Positions 37,758 through 46,461 of a stretch of 64,000 nucleotides of DNA are shown in pieces. Numbering within the stretch: position 1 is the stretch's first letter; every line of letters starts with the position of its first letter. The position numbers and the translations under genes were made by a program. Origin of the DNA: Acidobacteriota bacterium (GTDB lineage: Bacteria; Acidobacteriota; CAIWXX01); the NCBI GenBank assembly GCA_040755995.1, contig JBFMAF010000049.1, forward strand, positions 128,001 to 192,000. The letters are read 5' to 3'. The notes under the pieces are model-generated. The model saw only the letters and a list, made by a program, of their open reading frames with translations. It made no database searches and had not been told where the DNA came from.

Positions 37758-38798
37758 GTGGCCAGAACCATGAAAGCAATCATCAAGGAGAAAGCTGGTC
37801 CGGGGCTGAAGCTCGTGGAGCGGCCGGTGCCGTCGTGCGGTCCGGGCGATGTACTGATCAAGATCACCGCGACGGCGATCTGCGGGACCGACGTTCACAT
37901 CTACAAGTGGGATCGTTGGAGCGCCGAGCGTTTGAGGCCGCCTCTCATCATCGGACACGAGTTCTCCGGCTGCATCGAGGAGGTCGGCCCGGGAGTCAAA
38001 GGGCTGGCGGTCGGAGACAGAGTCACCGCGGAGATGCACATCAGCTGCGGGATCTGCTATCAGTGCCGCACCGGCAAGGCGCACATCTGCAAGGATGTCG
38101 TCATACGCGGAGTCGACGGCGACGGCATCTTCGCGGACTACGCCGCTCTGCCCGCAGGCAACGTCTGGAAGCTCCATCCGTCCATCCCCGACGAGATCGC
38201 GTCCATTCACGACCCCATCGGAAACGCGGTACATACCGTGTTCGAGGCGGACGTCGCGGGCCATCCCGTGCTGATACTGGGCTGCGGGCCGATCGGCTGC
38301 GCCGCGGTGGACGTAGCCCGAGCCTGCGGCGCGACATTCGTGGTGGCCTCCGACATCAACCCGTACCGGCTGGACCTGGCGAAGAAGATGGGCGCCGATC
38401 GGATCGTCAACACCACGGAGGAACGCGTCGAAGACGTCGTGATGGAGATGACGGGCGGATTGGGCGTCAACGTAGTTCTGGAAATGTCGGGCAGCCCGGA
38501 CGCCATACAGAGCGGTTTGGCTGTGCTCAGGGCGGGGGGACGTATGGCACTACTGGGACTGCCGAGCAAACCGATCGAGCTTCATCTGTCCCGGGACGTG
38601 ATCTTCAAGGGAGCCACGCTACTCGGCATCAACGGACGCAGGATGTTCGACACGTGGTACCAGATGGAGGCGCTGATCACGGGGCGCCGGGTCGACTTCA
38701 GCCGGCTCGTCACACACCGCTTCCCCATGTGCGAGTTCGACAAGGGAATGGAGCTCATGAGCTCTGGCAACAGCGGCAAGGTGATCCTGCTGCCATGA
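37758..38798 (+). CDS. tdh: L-threonine 3-dehydrogenase
   Basis: ICGTDVHIY.WD.W, GHEF, DPIGNAVHT, LEMSG, GINGRRMFDTWY, SGKVIL; SD AAGGAG before GTG 37758. Confidence 0.92.
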   Translation: MARTMKAIIKEKAGPGLKLVERPVPSCGPGDVLIKITATAICGTDVHIYKWDRWSAERLRPPLIIGHEFSGCIEEVGPGVKGLAVGDRVTAEMHISCGICYQCRTGKAHICKDVVIRGVDGDGIFADYAALPAGNVWKLHPSIPDEIASIHDPIGNAVHTVFEADVAGHPVLILGCGPIGCAAVDVARACGATFVVASDINPYRLDLAKKMGADRIVNTTEERVEDVVMEMTGGLGVNVVLEMSGSPDAIQSGLAVLRAGGRMALLGLPSKPIELHLSRDVIFKGATLLGINGRRMFDTWYQMEALITGRRVDFSRLVTHRFPMCEFDKGMELMSSGNSGKVILLP

Positions 38799-38968
38799 GA
38801 GCAGTTGTCAGTTGCCGGTTGCCAGCACGCCCAGGACGGTCGCTGATTACTGCCGGATGTCGCCGGCGCATGATGCAAGCGCCTTCGACTGCCCGGCAGT
38901 GCAACACGCTGTTCCGTTCAGGAGATCCGCCGGCCCGGCGCGAATTCAGGCCCCGATAAGGAGGACCT

Positions 38969-39139
38969 ATGGCGATTGATCCCGAATTGCTGGAAATACT
39001 TGCGTGCCCTCTGTGCAAGACCGAGCTGGAGCTGAAACCCGACCAGTCCGGCTTGAAGTGCAAGAAGTGCAAGCGCGTCTACCCGATCAAGGAGGACATC
39101 CCGATCATGTTGATCGACGAGGCTGTCATAGAGGAGTGA
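38969..39139 (+). CDS. Trm112/YcaR family protein (56 aa)
   Basis: Below the ORF-track size cut-off. SD AAGGAGG; manual translation MAIDPELLEILACPLCKTELELKPDQSGLKCKKCKRVYPIKEDIPIMLIDEAVIEE. Confidence 0.9.
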   Translation: MAIDPELLEILACPLCKTELELKPDQSGLKCKKCKRVYPIKEDIPIMLIDEAVIEE

Positions 39140-39149
39140 CCGGGTAGAG

Positions 39150-40247
39150 GTGCATCGTTTCCTGCTCCTGCGTTTCCGCCTCCTCGGCGACGTCATCCTG
39201 ACCACACCCGCCTGCCGCATGCTCAGAGCGAAGTACCCGGACGCACAGATCGACTATGTGGTGGAACCGCCACACCGCGAGGTCGTCGACGGGCTCCCGT
39301 GCCTCGACCGGGTGCACCTCTACGACCGGGTGCAGATCAAGCGCTCGTTCACCGGCATCGAAGGACTCCGCTTCGTCCGGCGCATGCGCCGCGAACACTA
39401 CGACGCGTCGATCGATTTCCACGGCGGCCCGCGCAGCGGGCTCGTCACGCGCGCAATCGCCTCGCGCGTTCGCGTGGGCTACACGGGCCCCCACGGCCGG
39501 CTTTTCTACAATCGTAGAATATCACGCCGGGTCCCCGGTGCGCGCATTCACAGCGTCCTGCAGCAGATGCGCCTGCTGGAGCCCTTCGGCATCGGGATCC
39601 CGGCGATGGTGCCGCGCCTCGAGATGGCTCCACCGCCGCCCGCGGCGTTGGAACGCGCCCGCGCGCTGGTGGAATCGGCCGGAGCGGCCGGCTTTGACGG
39701 CCTGGCGTCGGTTCACGTTCCGCCGGCGAGCCCCTTCCGGTGTTGGGGCACCGAGAAGATCGTGCGCGTTGCGTCTCATGTGGCGGCGCGAGGCCTGCGT
39801 CCGGTGCTTCTTGGCGGGCGCGACAGTCTCGATGTTGGCTCGACCGTTATCGCAGCGCTCGGTGGATCGGCGGACAGCCTTTTCGGCGAGACGACCCTGA
39901 GCGAGCTCCACGCGGTGATTGCGGCCAGCCGCGTGTTCGTGGGTGTGGACAGCGGGCCGATGCATGTAGCCGCGACGACGGCGACGCCGATTGTGGCGGT
40001 TTTCGGCCCGAATGTTCCCGAAGTCAGCGGCCCGTGGACGGACCGGGCGACGATCGTGGAGGAATCGCTGGACTGCCGTCCATGCAATCAACGTCGCTGC
40101 CGCCATGGGGATTTCCGCTGCTTCGGCCGGGTGGATGCCGCGCGTGTAGTCGACGCGGTGGATCGGTGGCTGGCGGATCCGCCGCCCCCTCCGAGCTCGG
40201 GCATTCCCCGCGACCTTTATGCTCGTGGAGCTCCGGGTGTAGAATAG
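39150..40247 (+). CDS. glycosyltransferase family 9 (LPS heptosyltransferase-like)
   Basis: LGDVILTTP, GVDSGPMHVA, VAVFGP, CRPC...C...C. Confidence 0.9.
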   Translation: MHRFLLLRFRLLGDVILTTPACRMLRAKYPDAQIDYVVEPPHREVVDGLPCLDRVHLYDRVQIKRSFTGIEGLRFVRRMRREHYDASIDFHGGPRSGLVTRAIASRVRVGYTGPHGRLFYNRRISRRVPGARIHSVLQQMRLLEPFGIGIPAMVPRLEMAPPPPAALERARALVESAGAAGFDGLASVHVPPASPFRCWGTEKIVRVASHVAARGLRPVLLGGRDSLDVGSTVIAALGGSADSLFGETTLSELHAVIAASRVFVGVDSGPMHVAATTATPIVAVFGPNVPEVSGPWTDRATIVEESLDCRPCNQRRCRHGDFRCFGRVDAARVVDAVDRWLADPPPPPSSGIPRDLYARGAPGVE

Positions 40248-40257
40248 CGGCGGAGCG

Positions 40258-41442
40258 ATGCCCATGATTCAGATACGTGACAATCCTTTCCTGCTGAAGA
40301 AGTGCGCGCCGGCCTTCATCCTGCTCTTCGTCCTGTCGCTGCCGGTTTCGATTGCGGCGGCTGAAATCTGCCTGACGGTTCTCTTCGCCCTGATCGTGAT
40401 CACGTTTCGGGGGCACCGCCTGTCGGATGCCGGTGTGATCACGGTGCCGATCATCCTGTACTCGGGGTTCTCGATGATCTCGGCGATCTTCTCGTTGAAT
40501 CTCGAGCACAGCCTGGAGGACATCAAGAGCCTGGTGCTGTTTGCGACGCCGTTCCTGATCACGTACTTCAAGGACTCAGTGCCGCGCCTGAAGACGATCG
40601 TGGCCGCGCTGTACGTAGGGGCTGTGCCGAGCGCCCTCTACGCGCTATACCAGTATTGGACTACCGAGGGCGAAAGGGCCACCGGCTTCATGAGCCATTG
40701 GATGACGTTTGCCGAGCAGATGATGCTGATCGGTGGTGTAGCGTTCGCATTCGTGCTTTTCGACAAGGGACGATGGCGGTGGATCTCCGCGCTCGTCATG
40801 ATCGTGCTCGCGGCCGGCTGCGTCGCTTCGCTGACGCGCTCCTCTTGGCTCGCGGTGCTCGCAGGTGTGGCGGTGCTGGTGGCGATCCGCAAGCCGATCT
40901 TGACCCTCGCCATCCCCGTGGGCATCGTGGTATTCCTGGCCCTGGCACCCTCGGAGATCCGCGGCCGTGCGTTGAGCGTCGTGAATCCGTACGACACCAG
41001 CAATCGAAACCGGTTGCTGATGGTCAAGAGCGGTCTGTACATGGTACGAGACCATCCGCTGCTGGGTGTCGGACCGGACGTGGTGGGTCTCGTCTATCCG
41101 CAGTACATGGACCCGCGCGCCACACCCGGTGCGGTTCACCTGCACAACAACATCATCCAGATCGCCGCCGAGCGTGGGCTGCCCACCCTGGCCGCCTGGC
41201 TGTGGCTGATGGTCGCAGCCGCGGTCGCCAGCTTCCGCCTGCTTCGCCGGTCGCCCGCGGCATCCGCATTCGCAGCCGCCGCATTGTTCGCGGTCGTCGG
41301 TATGTTCGTCTCGGGACTTTTCGAGTTCAACTTCGAGGACTCCGAGGTGAAGCTGCTCTTCCTGTTCATACTCACTGTCATGTTCCTGGCACGCGATGGG
41401 CACGGCATGCCGCGAGAGAAAGAACCGGAGCCGTCATCGTAG
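40258..41442 (+). CDS. O-antigen ligase (WaaL) family protein
   Basis: RATGF, SLTRSSWLA, HPLLGVG, HLHNNIIQIAAERGL; multiple TM segments. Confidence 0.88.
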   Translation: MPMIQIRDNPFLLKKCAPAFILLFVLSLPVSIAAAEICLTVLFALIVITFRGHRLSDAGVITVPIILYSGFSMISAIFSLNLEHSLEDIKSLVLFATPFLITYFKDSVPRLKTIVAALYVGAVPSALYALYQYWTTEGERATGFMSHWMTFAEQMMLIGGVAFAFVLFDKGRWRWISALVMIVLAAGCVASLTRSSWLAVLAGVAVLVAIRKPILTLAIPVGIVVFLALAPSEIRGRALSVVNPYDTSNRNRLLMVKSGLYMVRDHPLLGVGPDVVGLVYPQYMDPRATPGAVHLHNNIIQIAAERGLPTLAAWLWLMVAAAVASFRLLRRSPAASAFAAAALFAVVGMFVSGLFEFNFEDSEVKLLFLFILTVMFLARDGHGMPREKEPEPSS

Positions 41443-41499
41443 GTCACCAGCCTGCTGAGCGCACCTGAGGAGTCGGCCGGATCAGGATCTCACCCTGAC

Positions 41500-41528
41500 T
41501 TGACCTGCTCACGCCGCGCGACTATAGT
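41500..41528 (+). promoter_or_regulatory. sigma70 promoter embedded in a dyad-symmetric sequence
   Basis: TTGACC-17nt-TATAGT; inverted repeat CTTGACCTG/CAGGTCAAG and palindrome GACTATAGTC. Confidence 0.6.
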
Positions 41529-41567
41529 CACATCACGTCCAGGTCAAGCGACACGGAGGTGCATAGC

Positions 41568-41786
41568 ATGCCCGACCCAAACGTCCCGACGGTCCAAGCC
41601 GAGGCCGAGTACCTTCTGGAAAACCCGTTGAAGTGCCCTCGCTGTGAACAGGAGATTTCCTCGCTGCAGGTGGTACGGCTGATCAGAGCGAAGGTGAACT
41701 TCGTCTCTACACTTCCCCGCCGCGGCTACGTGATCATCTGCCCCGCCTGCAAAGGGATCATCACCGCTGAGCTGGCGATGGCCTGA
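41568..41786 (+). CDS. small zinc-ribbon protein (72 aa)
   Basis: SD GGAGGT; CPRC...CPAC; has its own promoter motif. Confidence 0.75.
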   Translation: MPDPNVPTVQAEAEYLLENPLKCPRCEQEISSLQVVRLIRAKVNFVSTLPRRGYVIICPACKGIITAELAMA

Positions 41787-41938
41787 GGCCTGAGCTCTGC
41801 CTGCCGTGGGCCAGCCCGGGGGCTGAGGGCGCCCGGCGTCATGCCGCCGGTCGCGCGCTCTTGGGCGCGCGTGGCGCTTTGTGACACTTCCGTGACATAC
41901 CACCTCCGCGCTCGGGCCTATAATGAGCCGGTTTTGCG

Positions 41939-42085
41939 GCTTGAGGCCAAGAGGATGTCGCGGTTGAGTCAGGTTCTCGCAGCGGTGCGTCACTGCTACT
42001 CTCCACTCTCCACTCTCTGCTCTCTGCACGAGGCGCGGCCGGCGCAGCCTCGCAAGGTTCATCGGCCCGAGGCCGCGCCTCGCTA
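41939..42085. repeat. dispersed intergenic element, copy C
   Basis: Homologous to 15891-16053; perfect 12-bp stem CGAGGCGCGGCC/GGCCGCGCCTCG. Confidence 0.8.
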
Positions 42086-42094
42086 AATGGTGCC

Positions 42095-43450
42095 ATGTAC
42101 GACGCCGCGGTGATCGGTGCCGGGATATCCGGGCTTTCGGCCGCATGCCGAATCCTCTCCGCCGGCCTGTCTGTGGCGGTGTTCGAGTCGGAGAGCTCCC
42201 CCGGCGGCAACATGCGTACGGCACGCGAGAGTGGCTATCTGCTCGAACGCGGTCCGCACAGCTTCCTGGGATCGAGCCGGGCCATCTGGAAGTTGCTTGC
42301 AGACGTCTCGTTTCTGGACGCCGTGCAGCCAGCCACCCCGGCCGCGCGATACCGGTATATCTATCGCGACGGGCGCCTGCATGCGCTTCCTATGAGCCCG
42401 ATGCAGTTCATCACGACGCGGCTGCTCGGCACGCGCGCCAAGCTGAGGCTCCTGGCGGAGCCCCTCGTGCCCGGCAAGGCATCACCGGAGGACACCGTCG
42501 AGACGTTTTTCGCACGGCGGTTCGGAAGAGAGGCCGCCACCTACATCACCGGACCCTTCGTCTCCGGCATATACGCAGGCGATCCGTCGCAACTCGGCGC
42601 GGCCGACAGCTTCCCGGTCTTCTGGGAGCTCGAGTCGACCTCCGGCAGCCTTGTGCTCGGCGGCCTCCGCCTGATGATCGGCCGCCGCAAGAACGGCGAC
42701 GGGCCCCGCCGACACGGCCTGTTCAGCTTCGGAGGCGGATTGGGCGACCTCATGCATCATCTCGCATCGCGCCTCGGACCGGCTCTCCACCTGAACACAC
42801 CGGTCCAATCGCTCGCGCAGGACGGCCGGTCCTGGCGCGTGATCTGCGAGCAAGACGTCCGCGCCCGCGCGGTCGTCGTGACGGCACCGCCTTACGAGGC
42901 TGCCAGGATGATCCCGGGCGATCTCGCAGTGCTGCTAGGCAGCATGCCGTTCGTTCCGGTCGCGGTCGTGCATCTCGGATCCCCGAGGCCGGTCGAAGGT
43001 GTGCCCAGGGGATTCGGTTTCCTGATCCCTCGCCACTACGGTATCCGCACGCTCGGCACCGTCCTTGTCTCGCAGCTGTTCCACGGCCGAGCCCCGGGTG
43101 ACGGCACTCTGCTCACCTCCTTCCTCGGCGGTGCATTCGACCGCACTGTCCTGGACCTCTCCGATGACGAGCTTGTCTCGATTGCGCGTGAAGACTTCAG
43201 GCGAATCACGGGCGTGAGTTTTCCTGAGGACTTCGCGCGGGTCGTGCGGCATCCGCGCGCGATCCCACAGCTCGAGGTTGGCCACAGGAAGAAGGTCACC
43301 GAGATCCACAGACTGGCAGCCGGGACCCCAGGCCTCTTCTTCGCGGGCAACTACCTGCGGGGCGTCGGCATGAACGATGCGGCGGCCAGCGGGTACGCCG
43401 CCGCGGAGTCCGCCGTCCGATACCTGTCGGAATCGCAAGATCATGGTTAG
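42095..43450 (+). CDS. hemY: protoporphyrinogen/coproporphyrinogen oxidase, HemY family
   Basis: IGAGISGL, ERGPHS, SGIYAGD, GFGFLIP, AIPQ..VGH, AGNY..GVG. Confidence 0.92.
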   Translation: MYDAAVIGAGISGLSAACRILSAGLSVAVFESESSPGGNMRTARESGYLLERGPHSFLGSSRAIWKLLADVSFLDAVQPATPAARYRYIYRDGRLHALPMSPMQFITTRLLGTRAKLRLLAEPLVPGKASPEDTVETFFARRFGREAATYITGPFVSGIYAGDPSQLGAADSFPVFWELESTSGSLVLGGLRLMIGRRKNGDGPRRHGLFSFGGGLGDLMHHLASRLGPALHLNTPVQSLAQDGRSWRVICEQDVRARAVVVTAPPYEAARMIPGDLAVLLGSMPFVPVAVVHLGSPRPVEGVPRGFGFLIPRHYGIRTLGTVLVSQLFHGRAPGDGTLLTSFLGGAFDRTVLDLSDDELVSIAREDFRRITGVSFPEDFARVVRHPRAIPQLEVGHRKKVTEIHRLAAGTPGLFFAGNYLRGVGMNDAAASGYAAAESAVRYLSESQDHG

Positions 43451-44657
43451 GAAGCGGGCCACAACGCCGCCTGCGGAGGTTCCAATCGGGCTGGTGGGGT
43501 GCGATTTCAGGGTGGCTTCAAGCCGCTGGCGGTCGGCCCTCGTGATGTCGAAAGAGGAACGCATCAAGATGGCCGCTGATCTCGTGAAGAGCGGCATGGT
43601 GATGGGCATGGCGTTCCTGGATACGTGCAATCGCAACGAGATTCTGTACGCCGCGGAGAAGCCCGCCTGGACTGGAGAGATCATCAAGGCGCAGATGATG
43701 AAGCGCTGGCACGGCATGAACGGCCAGCCGCCCAGGCCCTACGTGATGGTGGGCAATGACGCTACGCGTCATGTCCTCCGGGTAGCCGCCGGCCTCGAAT
43801 CGTTCGTGGTGGGCGAGAGGCAGATCACAACGCAGCTCAATCGCGCGCTCGAACGGTCGCGAAAGGAGGGGATGTCGAGCGTACATCTCAACGGCCTGGG
43901 GGCGATCGCGGCGCGCGTGGCGAGGGACGTCCGCCGGCGCGCGCCGCTGGGGAACGTTGTGCGGGGAGTCCACGAGGTGGCGGCTCGCTACATCCTGCGG
44001 CACGTGAAACCGCCGGCCACGGTGGTGGTCATTGGCACCGGAGAGATCGGCAGGCGCGTCGTCGGCGCGATCAGGCCGATGCCCAGGTTCAAGGTGTATT
44101 CCATGAACCGGACGGTGCTGCGGGGCGGAGGCCGCGTGCTGCCGCTCACGGAGCTCCCGCATACGAGGGCCGACGTGATCGTAGCATGCACCGCGGCCCT
44201 GAACCCGGTCGTCACCAAAGCCAACCTGCCGCCGGGTCGCCGAGCTCCTGCGCAGCCGCTCCTTCTGATCGACCTCGGCATTCCCGCGCAGATAGACAGT
44301 CGAGTGGCGGGCATGCCGGCCGTGGTCCGCGTGGATCTGGACAACCTGCTCGCCGAGGAACGTCTCGACCCGATCGCCGCCGAGAGACTCGGTGCAGCGT
44401 CGAGCATCACGGAGGATGGGCTGTACGAGTATGCCCAGTTCTGCCAGCGCAGGCGCTTCGTCACCCTGCTGGATGCGACTCGCAAGAGGCACGAAGAGTT
44501 CATTTCGAAACGCGTCCCGGATATGCTCGACCAGGTGCTTCCCGATGCGGACCGCGAAACGAGGGGCCAGATCGAGTATCAGCTCCGCGGCCTCATCCGC
44601 CAGTACACCAACTCCATCTTCCGCTCGATCAACGAGTCGTTGGCGGAGGAGCAATGA
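43443..44657 (+). CDS. hemA: glutamyl-tRNA reductase (divergent)
   Basis: DTCNRNE catalytic Cys, GLESFVVGERQI, IGTGEIG, NRT, IDLGIP; ATG 43443 overlaps the end of hemY. Confidence 0.85.
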   Translation: MVRKRATTPPAEVPIGLVGCDFRVASSRWRSALVMSKEERIKMAADLVKSGMVMGMAFLDTCNRNEILYAAEKPAWTGEIIKAQMMKRWHGMNGQPPRPYVMVGNDATRHVLRVAAGLESFVVGERQITTQLNRALERSRKEGMSSVHLNGLGAIAARVARDVRRRAPLGNVVRGVHEVAARYILRHVKPPATVVVIGTGEIGRRVVGAIRPMPRFKVYSMNRTVLRGGGRVLPLTELPHTRADVIVACTAALNPVVTKANLPPGRRAPAQPLLLIDLGIPAQIDSRVAGMPAVVRVDLDNLLAEERLDPIAAERLGAASSITEDGLYEYAQFCQRRRFVTLLDATRKRHEEFISKRVPDMLDQVLPDADRETRGQIEYQLRGLIRQYTNSIFRSINESLAEEQ

Positions 44658-44680
44658 GGGCCGGACGCGCGGCGGCGTAG

Positions 44681-45631
44681 ATGGTGGACCCGCAACGACG
44701 AGTGCTGAGGATCGGGACGCGCGGGAGCGCCCTGGCTCTGTGGCAGGCCCGTCACGTGGCAGACTTGATCGCGGCCCCAACCGAGCTCAAGATCATCACC
44801 ACCTCGGGCGATCGCTTCATCGACGCCTCGCCCACGGGGCGGCTGGAAGAGGGGTTCTTCACGAAGGAGATCGAGGACAAACTGCTGGCCGGTGAAATCG
44901 ACCTCGCTGTGCACTCGCTCAAGGACCTGCCCACGAGACTCTCCGACGGACTGGCGCTCGGCGCCGTGAGCGCTCGAGCCGCAGTGAGCGACATGCTGCT
45001 GGTACACCCGGAGTGGGTGGACGGAGCCGCCCGATTGCCGGTGAGAGCGGGAGGCCGTGTCGGAGCGTCTTCGTTGAGACGGCAGTCCATGGTTCGCACA
45101 TTCGGCGAAGGCCTGGAACCGGCGCAGCTCCGCGGCAACGTTCCCACTCGCGTTGAGAAGTGCCGCCGCGGCGAATACGCAGCCGTGATCGTGGCCTCGG
45201 CTGGAATCAAGCGGCTGGATCTGGACCTTTCGGGCCTGGCGACATTCGAGCTACTTCCGCAAGTGTGGATCCCGGCCCCAGGTCAAGCCGTGCTGGGTGT
45301 CGAGATCCGCGAGGACGACCAGGAAGCTCGCGGCGCAGTGGCCGCCGTGGATCACGCGGAAAGCCGGCAGTGCGCGCGGATCGAACGTGAGCTGCTCCAC
45401 CGTTTCGAAGGAGGCTGCCACGAGGCATTCGGTGCCTGGGCCTCGCGAGAAGGGCCACGGTTGGTAGTCAGGCTGGGCCATGAGGATTCTCTCGGACGGT
45501 GGCGATCGGTGGTCGTGGCAGGCGAGGACGAGGCACGGCTCACCGAGGCCGCCTTTGCAGAGTTGCGCCGCGAGATGTCGTCGGAGCCGCGCCGGAGCGA
45601 AGCCGAGGCGATCTGCCGAAGACTATTCTGA
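44681..45631 (+). CDS. hemC: hydroxymethylbilane synthase
   Basis: IGTRGSALALWQA, FTKEIE, AVHSLKDLP, SSLRR, LRGNVPTR, EGGC. Confidence 0.95.
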   Translation: MVDPQRRVLRIGTRGSALALWQARHVADLIAAPTELKIITTSGDRFIDASPTGRLEEGFFTKEIEDKLLAGEIDLAVHSLKDLPTRLSDGLALGAVSARAAVSDMLLVHPEWVDGAARLPVRAGGRVGASSLRRQSMVRTFGEGLEPAQLRGNVPTRVEKCRRGEYAAVIVASAGIKRLDLDLSGLATFELLPQVWIPAPGQAVLGVEIREDDQEARGAVAAVDHAESRQCARIERELLHRFEGGCHEAFGAWASREGPRLVVRLGHEDSLGRWRSVVVAGEDEARLTEAAFAELRREMSSEPRRSEAEAICRRLF

Positions 45632-45633
45632 GG

Positions 45634-46335
45634 TTGGATCGCTTGCCGCCCGTCGTGCTCACCCGTTCGCCGGATGACAACCAGGAGCTGGCCGCGACGC
45701 TGCGCAGCTACGGTCTGGAGGTACTCGAGTACCCCTGCGTCGAGATCCGTGTCGTGGATGTGGAGGCGGTATCGCGCCAGGTCGCCTGTGTTGCATTCAC
45801 GAGTCGGCCGGCGGTCAGAGGTTTCTTTGCGAACGGTCTTGACCGCGGCCTGAGGCCGCACGTTGTCGGGGCCGTGGGCGCTTCGACTTCGGCGGAGCTG
45901 CTGAAGAACGGCTGGGAGGCGACTCACGTTCCGGCGGTGTCGAACGCCGAGGAGCTTGCCGCAGTGCTCTGCAGCGCGTTACATCCCGGCGACGTCGTGC
46001 TCTGGCCGCGCGGGGAGATGGCCACTGAGAGCTTCGGGGCGATCCTTCGGGAAGCGGGTCTGGATGTGATCGAGCGTGTGGTGTATGTGAACGTGGAGCC
46101 GCAGCTCCGTCCCATTGCAGGCCCCTGCTCGGCGGTTGTCTTCGCGAGCCCGTCGGCGGCGCGCCGCTTCTTTGCCGCCAACCCGGGGCTGGCTGTGGCG
46201 CCGGTCGTGGCCATTGGCAACCGCACGGCGGGCGCTGCCCGCGATGCCGGCGCAAAGAACGTCATCGAATCGGAGCGCCCGTCCAACGACGAGATCGCGC
46301 GAGCGCTGCTGCGCGCGTTCCAGACGACTTGGTAG
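45634..46335 (+). CDS. hemD: uroporphyrinogen-III synthase
   Basis: VVLTR, FTSRPAV, AVGAST, FASPSAA, AIGNRTA; TTG start inferred. Confidence 0.85.
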   Translation: MDRLPPVVLTRSPDDNQELAATLRSYGLEVLEYPCVEIRVVDVEAVSRQVACVAFTSRPAVRGFFANGLDRGLRPHVVGAVGASTSAELLKNGWEATHVPAVSNAEELAAVLCSALHPGDVVLWPRGEMATESFGAILREAGLDVIERVVYVNVEPQLRPIAGPCSAVVFASPSAARRFFAANPGLAVAPVVAIGNRTAGAARDAGAKNVIESERPSNDEIARALLRAFQTTW

Positions 46336-46461
46336 TGACGTTCAGCAGCCGAAGCCGAATGGAACGGCGTTGGATTCCGCATCCATCAGGACCGGTTCCT
46401 GGGTAGGCGCCCGCGGGCCGGTCAACCGACCGGGCGGCGGTCGAGATCGCGATCGCCGCGT

